Both the position numbers and the translations under genes were made by a program. Source: Nitrosopumilus sp. (GTDB lineage: Archaea; Thermoproteota; Nitrososphaeria; Nitrososphaerales; Nitrosopumilaceae). Taken from it: 64,000 nucleotides of DNA. The stretch spans positions 512,001 through 576,000 of the forward strand of contig OZ241981.1 in assembly GCA_965204345.1 (NCBI GenBank), in the 5' to 3' direction. The first letter of the stretch is position 1; the number at the start of each line of letters is the position of its first letter. This document shows, one piece after another, positions 51,251-60,183 of this stretch. The notes beneath the pieces were generated by a model, which saw only the letters and a program-made list of their open reading frames with translations, made no database searches and was not told the origin of the DNA.

Positions 51251-51290
51251 CATCACTGTCTCTTATATTGAATATATTGTGTTGCAATAC

Positions 51291-51713
51291 ATGTCAAAAT
51301 TAAGAAAAATTCTTGTCCCGCTAGACGGATCAGCAAACTCCAACAGGGGACTAGACAAAGCAATTGAAATTGCAAAAGGCAGTGATGCAGAGATTACGGG
51401 ATTTTATGTATTTCATGTGCCTCTTGCTGCAGGAGTAAAATATACCCAAAAAATGAAAGATCAGGTACAGGAGAAAGCAGTTAAAGCAATTGGTCCGGCA
51501 ATGGTTCGTGCAAGAAAGGCAGGAATCAAATTCCAACATAAAGAGGGAGGAGGCCATACAGGTTCGGAGATCCTCAAATTTGCACAAAAGGGAAAGTTTG
51601 ACATGATTACAATTGGTGCCAGAGGAAGAGGCGGCATTAAGGAGGCATTTCTTGGAAGTACATCAAACTATGTCATGCACAAATCAAAAATTCCAGTATT
51701 GATTGTAAAATAA
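51291..51713 (+). CDS. Universal stress protein
   Basis: KILVPLDGSANS, DMITIGARGRG...FLGSTS. Confidence 0.93.
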   Translation: MSKLRKILVPLDGSANSNRGLDKAIEIAKGSDAEITGFYVFHVPLAAGVKYTQKMKDQVQEKAVKAIGPAMVRARKAGIKFQHKEGGGHTGSEILKFAQKGKFDMITIGARGRGGIKEAFLGSTSNYVMHKSKIPVLIVK

Positions 51714-52046
51714 TCAAAAACTGGCCATCGCATTATTTTTGCTTAAGGTAAAACTACTAAAAATCAGATAAATGTCTATTGTAATATTCAATAGTGAGAA
51801 GTGATTATATTTTATAATGTATTGTTTGAAACAGATTGAATAATCAATATTTTGTGTTATCTGCTATGGGTTATTGTCAATAATTCCATCGGGTGCTGCA
51901 TGCGCTGAACATGTTTTTGAAAACAAAGGTGTATTCATAATAAAGATCACAGGACATTGTCAGATTCCAGTGTAATTTTTTTCAGATTCTAATTGAGATG
52001 TGTCTAGATGTTGAGCAAAAGCGCTAAGATAAAAAATATCTAATCC

Positions 52047-52188
52047 AAAAGAATCAGAATATGGTTCGTAATAATATTTTTTAAAACCAACTGCTTAGTT
52101 GTTGCATAGTCTCAGAAAACAAATTCCATGTATCAGCAACGTCTATGGTTTACTAATTATTATTACATCGTCTTGCAAGTATGCTTGC
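52047..52188 (+). repeat. 142-bp direct repeat, copy 1 (att core plus arm P)
   Basis: Matches 54715-54856 with one visible mismatch (gtctcag vs gtttcag). Confidence 0.95.
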
Positions 52189-52233
52189 GGCACCGGTAAA
52201 TTCCAGTGAACAGATCATCTGAATTTACCAGAA
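52187..52233 (+). repeat. 47-bp hairpin-containing repeat, copy 1
   Basis: gcggcaccggtaaattccagtgaacagatcatc..aatttaccagaa also at 55567-55613; GGTAAATTC/GAATTTACC inverted repeat. Confidence 0.9.
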
Positions 52234-52478
52234 CCGTTGGAAATACACTACTTGAAGTAAATCAAATAATTATTTTAAATTTTGAAACAGTCAAAAAATA
52301 ATTGATTCCAAATTGTAATCACTCTAAGAAGATGATGAATAAGATCTCGGAGAGTCAATAATGTTATATGAATTGTAATTGGGATCTATGATCTTTTTTA
52401 AAAAGTTTGATTATTCTAGATGTCATTCCAATATTTGGAGATATTTTTTATGTGAGTATTTTCAGATGTCATCATATT

Positions 52479-53294
52479 ATGAGTTCTGATTCCTATCAAT
52501 TACCATATATAGAAATGGCATGGGTTTGAGATAACAAACAGTATGGTGTTTCTCTAAACAATCCAGTTGTTATGGTTGGAGAAGATATGCAAACATATCA
52601 CGTAAAATTTAACAAACCAGATGATCTTAGAATTGGAATTAATGAAATAGTTTGCAGTTTAGTGGGTTTAGAGTTGGAATTACCTCTCTTTAAGCCAATA
52701 ATTGCTAAAATTTCTCAAAAAGTAATTGACAGTCATGACTCTTTAGCAGGTTATTGTGCAGGAGAACATTTTGCTCAAGTGTATTTACAACCATTTGAAA
52801 CAGTCAACTCATACATAGGCCAAGGTAAAGAACTCAAAAAAGAAAATGTGGCAAATATAAGATCAGTACCAGATCTAATTGTCTTTGACAAGTATGTAGA
52901 AAATTACGATAGACATGGAGATAACATTTGCCTACGACCAAATGAAGCATTGAGTACAAAGGTTGATTATTACTTATTTGATCATGATTTGGCATTTCAA
53001 AGAAATGACACAAAGACAGACATAAGCAATTTACGTGACTTGAAAAAAGAGTTGATTCACATGTGCTATGTTGTTGATGATGTAAATAAAAGGACATTAT
53101 TTTGGCGTGGAACTAGCAAATGTATTGGATTGAAATCTAAAATTCCAGATTTAATTAAAAAAATCCCAAAATCATGGGCAGAAGGATATGAATCATATAT
53201 GTCAGATATAGAAATTTTACTTTCAAAATTTTCTGAAAGTATCATGAATGAGCATATAGAACTTAATAAAGGAAGATTCCCTAAATTACAGTAG
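52479..53294 (+). pseudogene. HipA-like kinase with an in-frame TGA at 52527-52529
   Basis: YHVK, NEIVCS, FDKYVENYDRHGDN, YLFDHDLAF; upstream in-frame ATG at 52479 and the YGVSLNNP loop lie before ATG 52572. Confidence 0.7.
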
Positions 53295-53296
53295 TC

Positions 53297-54091
53297 ATGA
53301 CTGAGTGTGAATTTTCTGTAATTAAATATGTGCCAGATATTGTAAGATTTGAACCAGTCAATGTTGGGATTGCATTATTGGATAAGGAAAATAAAAAAAT
53401 GCATAACAAGTACATTAGAAATTTTTCAGCATTTTTTGATAGGTTAGGTGTTGAAAAAATTAATGGTTTTGAACATTCATTTGAAAATTATAAATCAATA
53501 GTAAATGTAGATAATTCCGATTACTTATGGAAACTTCATGATTCGTTTCAAGGCAGTATGTTTTATTCTGAACCAACAAAGATCAAATCAGATACAATCG
53601 ATGCTACTTTACAGCAAATTTTTAACAAAATGATTAGCATTCCAGAAAAAGAAATTTCAGTTAAGGAACAAATATCAGTAAATGTAATTAAAACAAAAAT
53701 TAAACGGCATATTACAAAATTAAAATTTCCAGAAAAATCATACAAAGAAAGATATGAAATTATTCCGGAAACAAAGATTCCACAAACACGAGATTTTGCC
53801 TTTCTTAAAGAAGATGAACTAATAAACACTATTGATATTTTCACTTTTTCAAGCACTGGATTACTTGACAATCTTAAATTATTTTTATATGAAATAGATG
53901 CAATAATGAAATCAAAAATATCCCAGAACAATCAACCATTAATATTCAGTACCAAGCCAATTAATGCCTATGAAAAGTCTAGATCAGTTCATCAGTCAAT
54001 AGAATATTTGCATATGAGCAAAATCTCGATAATATATCCTGATAAACAAGAAGAAATGATTCAAAAAATTCGAAATAATATAGCAGTCTAA
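53297..54091 (+). CDS. DUF3037-domain protein, partner of the HipA-like kinase
   Basis: FSVIKYVPDIVRFEPVNVGIAL; C-terminal DFAFLK resembles a nuclease-like fold. Confidence 0.75.
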   Translation: MTECEFSVIKYVPDIVRFEPVNVGIALLDKENKKMHNKYIRNFSAFFDRLGVEKINGFEHSFENYKSIVNVDNSDYLWKLHDSFQGSMFYSEPTKIKSDTIDATLQQIFNKMISIPEKEISVKEQISVNVIKTKIKRHITKLKFPEKSYKERYEIIPETKIPQTRDFAFLKEDELINTIDIFTFSSTGLLDNLKLFLYEIDAIMKSKISQNNQPLIFSTKPINAYEKSRSVHQSIEYLHMSKISIIYPDKQEEMIQKIRNNIAV

Positions 54092-54676
54092 ATCAAACAA
54101 AATCTTTTCCCAAAAACTCCTCAAGCATTTACGAATTTGAAAAATCATTCTACAGTATTATTCATCAATAATTCATATTTGAGATAGAGCAGTCATTTGT
54201 TTTGATAAAATTTGTTTTCCTTTAACTTTAAGAGCTGTGGTTGACAGAAAGGAAAACTAGGCTAGTGTAATTAGCACATTTAATCTTGATACCCAATATT
54301 ATTATGATTCTGTATCATTAAAAACCTTGTAGGTCTGTGTAATGGTCGCATAAAAGTCTGAAATTCTTTAGGTAAGGTTTGATTCCCGTGAAGTCAATGA
54401 GATATTATCCAAACTAGATGTATCATATGCTTAAAGGTCTCTTTTTCAGATATAGATAAGCAAGTCAGCTGTGCTCAACAGCTATGAGTTTAATAGTTCT
54501 AGCATATTTTCATTTTCTTAAAAAAATATATGACAATATTATCATCAACTGAAATTCCCATAGTATGGAAAGAACACCCCTATCAGAGAATTGGTAAATA
54601 TCTCATCAAGTTATTTTTTTTTTGTTTGTTTGTTTGTTCTAGTATGCAAGCCCCAATCTTGATACAATTTATGATT

Positions 54677-54856
54677 CCAAACAAGTAAGAACTACAAATA
54701 TCATGCTAAACATAAAAAGAATCAGAATATGGTTCGTAATAATATTTTTTAAAACCAACTGCTTAGTTGTTGCATAGTTTCAGAAAACAAATTCCATGTA
54801 TCAGCAACGTCTATGGTTTACTAATTATTATTACATCGTCTTGCAAGTATGCTTGC
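54677..54856 (+). mobile_element. Composite att junction (P' arm + AAAAGAATCA core + P arm) between two tandem elements
   Basis: 54677-54724 identical to 57202-57249; 54715-54856 near-identical to 52047-52188. Confidence 0.75.
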
Positions 54857-55194
54857 TCAATTTCAGCGCGTTTTAAAATCTCATTTACCACATAATCATT
54901 GAATTCTGATGCTTGATCATCATTTAACTCATAGCCTGCATCATTTTCTATTTTTTCTAGTGCTTTACCAAGTGCATCATCATACTTTGCTTTCAGTTCT
55001 TCTTTTTTATCGTCTTTTGATTTGTCTTTTTGTTCTTGCTTGAGATATTGTTTTGCTTCCCAGTCTGCATCTTTGAGAATATCTTTAACAGATTTCTCAT
55101 TTGTTTTGGCATCTGTGCTGTCTACCATTAAAAGTGGTATAACGAGTGCAGCAGCCAAAGACGCAAACAAAAAGATTTTGACTGTATTTTTCAT
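54811..55194 (-). CDS. Secreted hypothetical protein, probably 3'-truncated
   Basis: Signal peptide MKNTVKIFLFASLAAALVIPLLMVDSTDA; the stop lies inside the duplicated arm. Confidence 0.6.
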   Translation of the reverse strand: MKNTVKIFLFASLAAALVIPLLMVDSTDAKTNEKSVKDILKDADWEAKQYLKQEQKDKSKDDKKEELKAKYDDALGKALEKIENDAGYELNDDQASEFNDYVVNEILKRAEIEQAYLQDDVIIISKP

Positions 55195-55566
55195 TATTGT
55201 AGAATATGATTAGTCCAGTCCAATAAAAATAGACTTGATTCTCAAGACTTGTAAATGATTTTATTCTAGTTTTAGAAATTTTCAGCCTTGCATGCTGACA
55301 GTAAATCAAAAACCATTACTTTAGGTTGTATGAAGATAAGTTCAAAGCAGAAAATGGGGAGTGTAAAGGCGATTACTGAGCTCTCTTTTGAATCTCGTAG
55401 TTAGAATAGTCTAACGGAACCGTAATAACTATACCACTTTTCATTTTTTTAAAGGTTGGGAATTGTCGATTTTGATAAGTTTTGATGATCCATGCCATAA
55501 ATCACAAATTTAGTAGGGATAGACACGAATCTGTCTGATCGCACAAGTTTTAATCAAGACCTGCAA

Positions 55567-55613
55567 GCGGCACCGGTAAATTCCAGTGAACAGATCATCG
55601 AAATTTACCAGAA
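55567..55613 (+). repeat. 47-bp hairpin-containing repeat, copy 2
   Basis: Matches 52187-52233 with two mismatches. Confidence 0.9.
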
Positions 55614-55857
55614 TTGTCCGTTGCATTTACCGTGTTCATCTTAAAACCATCAAGATTTGCTTTGGTGTGGTTGTTTCCTCTATTCCTTGATCAATGTCAG
55701 AGAAAGAATCTCACTACACTAAATGAACATAAGTTTGAAAATCAGAAAACACCCCAAGATTCAACAATGTCCCAATTTATCTCCGGTGCTTATCTCTCAT
55801 GAACGCAACAGAACCCAAACACAAAAAGATTAAAATGATTTGGCTTGAAGATAATGC

Positions 55858-56067
55858 ATGAAATTTCAAACAATATTTTGGAAAGAGGATGACATGTATG
55901 TCATAAAAAAAGTCACTGCCGATGTAACAACACAGGGTCGTACCATAGATGAGGCGCTAGCAAATATCAAAGAAGCAGTCCATATTTATCTTGAAGAAAT
56001 GCCAGATGTAAAAAATACCATACAAAACATGGATATGGTTGGGATAACAAGTCTCAAAGTTCCCTAA
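55858..56067 (+). CDS. hicB: HicB-like antitoxin (UPF0150)
   Basis: EDDMYV....VTTQGRTIDEALANIKEAVHIYLE. Confidence 0.85.
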   Translation: MKFQTIFWKEDDMYVIKKVTADVTTQGRTIDEALANIKEAVHIYLEEMPDVKNTIQNMDMVGITSLKVP

Positions 56068-56279
56068 GCTTGCATAAAACAAAATAGTAAAAATTCTTGT
56101 TGATGACTTTGATTTTCAAGTCTCACATCAGAGAGCAAGTCACGTTGTTTTGCATAAATTTGTAAAAGATAGAAAAATAACCACGGTGGTTCCGTTGCAC
56201 AAAGGTAAAGGTTGGAACTATTTTTGGTATTTTATCACTTGCAAAAATCAAAAAAGAAGATTTTCTTAAAAACATATGA
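56057..56279 (+). pseudogene. hicA: HicA toxin pseudogene
   Basis: PKLA*NKIVKILV..FDFQVSHQRASHVVL...TTVVPLHK, then frameshift to VGTIFGILSLAKIKKEDF. Confidence 0.75.
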
Positions 56280-56455
56280 TGAGATTGTTGTAACATCTGC
56301 CATATCAGAATTTGGAACATATTCGGGAATTATTTTTGGCGCTGCTACTACACTCTGGTTAACATTTTTACAAAAATATACCAAATGTGCTTTCCAAAAT
56401 TATTAGATGAACTCAAGTAATTATGGAAATGGAATTTATGTTTGTAAGATGCGAT

Positions 56456-57112
56456 TTAATTTTTAATTACCCAATCATGAATTATTTTTACTTGTTCCAG
56501 AATTATTGTGTTTAGATTGTCAATAGTTTGTTGCATATTTGCAATCTTATCTTTTAGATCCTGGTTTTCTTTTTGTATTTCGACAGCTTTTGCAGATAAA
56601 GCATTAAAATCATATAGCACATCAAAATATTTTTGCTCCCAATCAGTCATTTCTCCAACTTTTGAAGTTGGCAGTTTGGATGGAACAGGGTCTGATGAAC
56701 CATCAGAATATGTTACAATGATCGTATCTGTCATCCAAGGATGAACTATGCAAAAGTAAGGTACTTCGCCTACTTCAGTTGGATTCCATTCAAATGAATT
56801 TCCAGTTATTACTAGACCAGAGTCAAATATGGCACCTACTGAATCAGCATCTTCTGCAACACCTGATGTGAATGTATGTGCTGCGCTATCAGTGTTTGAA
56901 AATATCACAACACCACCTACATCAACTGTTGCTGTACTTGGTATGTAACATCCTTCTGGTGTGTCTTGACAACCAGAAAAGCCAGAACCTGCCGCGGCTT
57001 TGACTGTTACCTCTGAGTGATCTGCAAAAACAGCAGTTGGTGCTGTCATTGTGACAATACCTGCTGCAATAGCAAATAGTACGAAGAAAGAACCAAGTGC
57101 TTTAGTCTTCAT
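56456..57112 (-). CDS. Secreted plastocyanin-like blue copper protein with C-terminal coiled coil
   Basis: Signal peptide; NTDSAAHTFTSG and YFCIVHPWM type-1 copper ligands. Confidence 0.88.
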   Translation of the reverse strand: MKTKALGSFFVLFAIAAGIVTMTAPTAVFADHSEVTVKAAAGSGFSGCQDTPEGCYIPSTATVDVGGVVIFSNTDSAAHTFTSGVAEDADSVGAIFDSGLVITGNSFEWNPTEVGEVPYFCIVHPWMTDTIIVTYSDGSSDPVPSKLPTSKVGEMTDWEQKYFDVLYDFNALSAKAVEIQKENQDLKDKIANMQQTIDNLNTIILEQVKIIHDWVIKN

Positions 57113-57201
57113 TAGAGAAATTACCTGTTAAGATACATAAAAACCCCACTGGTTTCGAGATACAGAATCAGCTTCTTCTGTGTTGGTGCAATTTTAGAAT
57201 G

Positions 57202-57249
57202 CCAAACAAGTAAGAACTACAAATATCATGCTAAACATAAAAAGAATCA
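57202..57249 (+). repeat. 48-bp perfect direct repeat overlapping the tauE 3' end (att site)
   Basis: ccaaacaagtaagaactacaaatatcatgctaaacataaaaagaatca is identical to 54677-54724. Confidence 0.95.
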
Positions 57250-57983
57250 AAAAACAATTTAACGGCAGCAATTACCATTACTGCCGAGATTAGAATTTGT
57301 AAGATGCGTTCATTGACATCTAGGGAGATTCTTGCCCCAACCAGCCCGCCAAGAAAAGAGCCCATGGCTAAAAGACCAGCGTGAAGAAAATCAGGATGTC
57401 CCAAAATACTATGAGTCATCATTCCAGAAAATGAAGCAAACAGCAGTATCAACTGGGATGTAGGGGCAGCCTTTTTCATAGTCATGTTTAGCCCGACTAG
57501 CATCAAAGGAACAAAAACTATCCCGCCGCCAATGCCAAAAAACGAAGAGATTATACCAGCAAAGAAGCTGGCAGCAATCACAAAAAGTAGCATCTGATAG
57601 GAGGAGGTCTTTTCTCTTGTCTCAATTTTTTTTCTCAAAAAAATATAAGCCGCAGAAGCAAACAATACAAGGCCAAACAAGATTTTAAAGATATCAGGAG
57701 TTACAATATTTGAGACAAATGCCCCCAAAATAGTGCCAGGTACTGAGAGCAGCCCAAGCTTTAGTCCTAAAGAAAACTCAATTCTTTTTTGCCTGGAATA
57801 AGAGATCGTAGATGCAGTGGCATTGCTAAATGCGGCAAAAAGACTGTTACTTGCAGCAGCAGTGGGGGAAAATCCCAGAAAAGTCAGTACAGGAACTATA
57901 ATGATGCCGCCACCCAGTCCTATCATAGAACCTAAAACTCCTGCTGCAAATCCCAGGGGAACTAGCCATAAAGAATCAATCAT
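57231..57983 (-). CDS. TauE/SafE (TSUP) sulfite exporter family protein
   Basis: Duplicated G.GGG.I.VP motifs; about 8 TM helices. Confidence 0.9.
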   Translation of the reverse strand: MIDSLWLVPLGFAAGVLGSMIGLGGGIIIVPVLTFLGFSPTAAASNSLFAAFSNATASTISYSRQKRIEFSLGLKLGLLSVPGTILGAFVSNIVTPDIFKILFGLVLFASAAYIFLRKKIETREKTSSYQMLLFVIAASFFAGIISSFFGIGGGIVFVPLMLVGLNMTMKKAAPTSQLILLFASFSGMMTHSILGHPDFLHAGLLAMGSFLGGLVGARISLDVNERILQILISAVMVIAAVKLFFDSFYV

Positions 57984-58023
57984 CGTAATGCCAATCAAAG
58001 AATTTTCTGTTATTTAATTTGGG

Positions 58024-58656
58024 CTACTTTAGAATTATCAGGGTTTGCAAGACAGAGTTATCTTGGGATGTAATTTCCAAAAAGACTTTAACGTCCCCCA
58101 AATTATCAATTTTGGATTTGATGTTGCGCTCATCAGAGTCATAGTAAAAAGTCTGAACAGCCTTGACCCAATCAGAGACAGACTCAAATTCAAGGGATTC
58201 TTCTTCCTCCCAGCAGTCACAAACAAGAGTTTCAATCATGGTTTCAAATATTGCCATAGTTTCATCTGAATTTGATTCCAGAGTAGGAGTTTCAAGATTG
58301 GCCACGGCCATAATGGGGGAATTGATGTCTCCCCCGATGTTGATATTGCCCAGGGGATTTCTTTGAGAGTCAAGAACGGCAGTAGTAGTACAGTAATCCA
58401 CAGTTCTTGGCATGCCCTCATCAAAAAAGGTACAGTATTGATCAATAGTATGATCAGTTATTGCAGTAGGAGTGGATACGGAAATATTCTGTTCAGATAA
58501 TTTGGTTTGGATGGTTTGAATATCATAATAAGTAAAGCCAGCATCATAAATTAAATCAGACCCCGGTTCTACTGAATCAGGCTCAGATAAAACCAGAGAT
58601 ACAGAAATGGCCGCAATAACTCCTAGCAGTACAGAGATTAAGACAAGTTTGTTCAT
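58024..58656 (-). CDS. Membrane-anchored/secreted acidic hypothetical protein
   Basis: N-terminal hydrophobic segment; YC..YC..LVCDCW. Confidence 0.75.
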   Translation of the reverse strand: MNKLVLISVLLGVIAAISVSLVLSEPDSVEPGSDLIYDAGFTYYDIQTIQTKLSEQNISVSTPTAITDHTIDQYCTFFDEGMPRTVDYCTTTAVLDSQRNPLGNINIGGDINSPIMAVANLETPTLESNSDETMAIFETMIETLVCDCWEEEESLEFESVSDWVKAVQTFYYDSDERNIKSKIDNLGDVKVFLEITSQDNSVLQTLIILK

Positions 58657-58708
58657 GAATTGTAAATCCTGTGGTTAACGCCTGTTTTAAAGATAAGGCT
58701 TTGCAATG

Positions 58709-59200
58709 CTAGATTGAGATTATACTTAACTTGGAATCCTTGTCAATATTGTTTTTGGCAATAAACCCAGAGGTTACCTCAAGAACATACAGTGCATCAC
58801 CATCCGGAACTACGCTTTGACAGGTTGTTATTTCTAATGCAGTTTTGCAAGGAGGCACATCTTGCTCTATGTGGACAACATTGCCGTCCTGATCAAACCA
58901 AATCATATCCAAAGAAAACTGCATGTTTAACATCCAAAGAGAATAGATACCAGGCTCGCTAAACACGAAGATCATTCCCTGATCATATGGAAGTTGGTCT
59001 TGAAACATTAATCCGCGAACACGCCTAGGTTCAGAATCAGCAATTTGTACTTCAAGGGGTATGTCATCTACCATAATTGTCCCCCTAGGAAATTCAACAG
59101 ACTCTAGCTTGCTATCACTTGGAAGCGTCATTAGTCCAATTACGCCAATAATTACAGCTGCAATGGTTACGGGGATTAATGCCTGGGCCCTGGTGGTCAT
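58709..59200 (-). CDS. DUF192-domain protein
   Basis: IAD...R..GLMF...GMIFVF...WMLNM.FSLDMIW...YVLEV. Confidence 0.85.
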   Translation of the reverse strand: MTTRAQALIPVTIAAVIIGVIGLMTLPSDSKLESVEFPRGTIMVDDIPLEVQIADSEPRRVRGLMFQDQLPYDQGMIFVFSEPGIYSLWMLNMQFSLDMIWFDQDGNVVHIEQDVPPCKTALEITTCQSVVPDGDALYVLEVTSGFIAKNNIDKDSKLSIISI

Positions 59201-59237
59201 GTACTAATTTGTCTCAATCCTTTTAAAAACTAAGACG

Positions 59238-59588
59238 TTACAAGACAGAACTTTTAAAATCATTAATTGTAGATAGCGTACTTTTTGTCTCATGTCCAAT
59301 ATCATGCAAGGTAGAGCCGTTGTATTTTTTGTCAAGATACCTGCCTGCTACAATCATTGGACCGCCTACTGCACAAGTAACACCGGTCGGTTCAGGTACC
59401 CACAGCATTAAAAATCCAATTTTTTGGAGTTTTTTGCCCGGTGCAGGCGCTTTTTGAAGGGCACCTAAAGAGGTGGCCGTATGTTTGTTATCAATGGTGG
59501 CAACCTCACTGTACAAATTTGCCCTACGTTTGGCAGAATCAGAAAATTTTCGTAATTTATCTAGACGTTCCTTTAGGGGATCAGCCAT
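59238..59588 (-). CDS. Hypothetical protein
   Basis: 116-aa ORF with a PEPTGVT hydrophobic hairpin. Confidence 0.65.
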   Translation of the reverse strand: MADPLKERLDKLRKFSDSAKRRANLYSEVATIDNKHTATSLGALQKAPAPGKKLQKIGFLMLWVPEPTGVTCAVGGPMIVAGRYLDKKYNGSTLHDIGHETKSTLSTINDFKSSVL

Positions 59589-59718
59589 TCGAACATAAAT
59601 TTAAAAAAAAATAGTTAAGAGCAAAAGATCAACTACGGTTACTTGCAGGTCAACAAAGAATAGCTAAAATTAAACAAAAAAACACTCAATTATAAAGATT
59701 GAGATAGATATAGAAACA

Positions 59719-60183
59719 ATGAAACCGAAAAATTCCAAAAGATTGGATTCAATCAAGGCCGCACACCAATCAGAAAGAGCAAGATCCAGTACAAGAAAAG
59801 AGGACTATTTGGAAGTAATTTCAGAGCTGGTAGAGTTAAAAGGATATGCCACGACATTGGACATTTCAAGATACATGAACGTAAGCGCGCCAAGCGTTAC
59901 CAAGATGTTGCAGAGACTAGATGAAAATGGGTTTTTAGAATATGAAAAATACCACGGAATTAACCTTACAAACAAAGGAAGGCAGATTGCAGAAGGGATT
60001 AGACAAAAACACGGAATACTGTTAGAGTTTTTTGAAATTTTGGGAGTTGGATTTGAGACTGCAAACCAGGATACGGAGGGAATTGAGCATCACTTGAATC
60101 CAAAGACAATCAAGCAGCTAAGAAAATTCATCACGTTTCTCAAGGCAAATCCAAAAATCATCGACAGCTTCAAAAATCTTTGA
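59719..60183 (+). CDS. DtxR/MntR-family metal-dependent regulator
   Basis: EDYLE.I, VSAPSVTKML, LT.KG, H..L.EFF, EGIEH. Confidence 0.92.
   Translation: MKPKNSKRLDSIKAAHQSERARSSTRKEDYLEVISELVELKGYATTLDISRYMNVSAPSVTKMLQRLDENGFLEYEKYHGINLTNKGRQIAEGIRQKHGILLEFFEILGVGFETANQDTEGIEHHLNPKTIKQLRKFITFLKANPKIIDSFKNL

Noticed and set aside
54612-54640. T-run/(TTTG)n microsatellite
   Set aside because: Short and non-coding; at most an archaeal T-rich terminator
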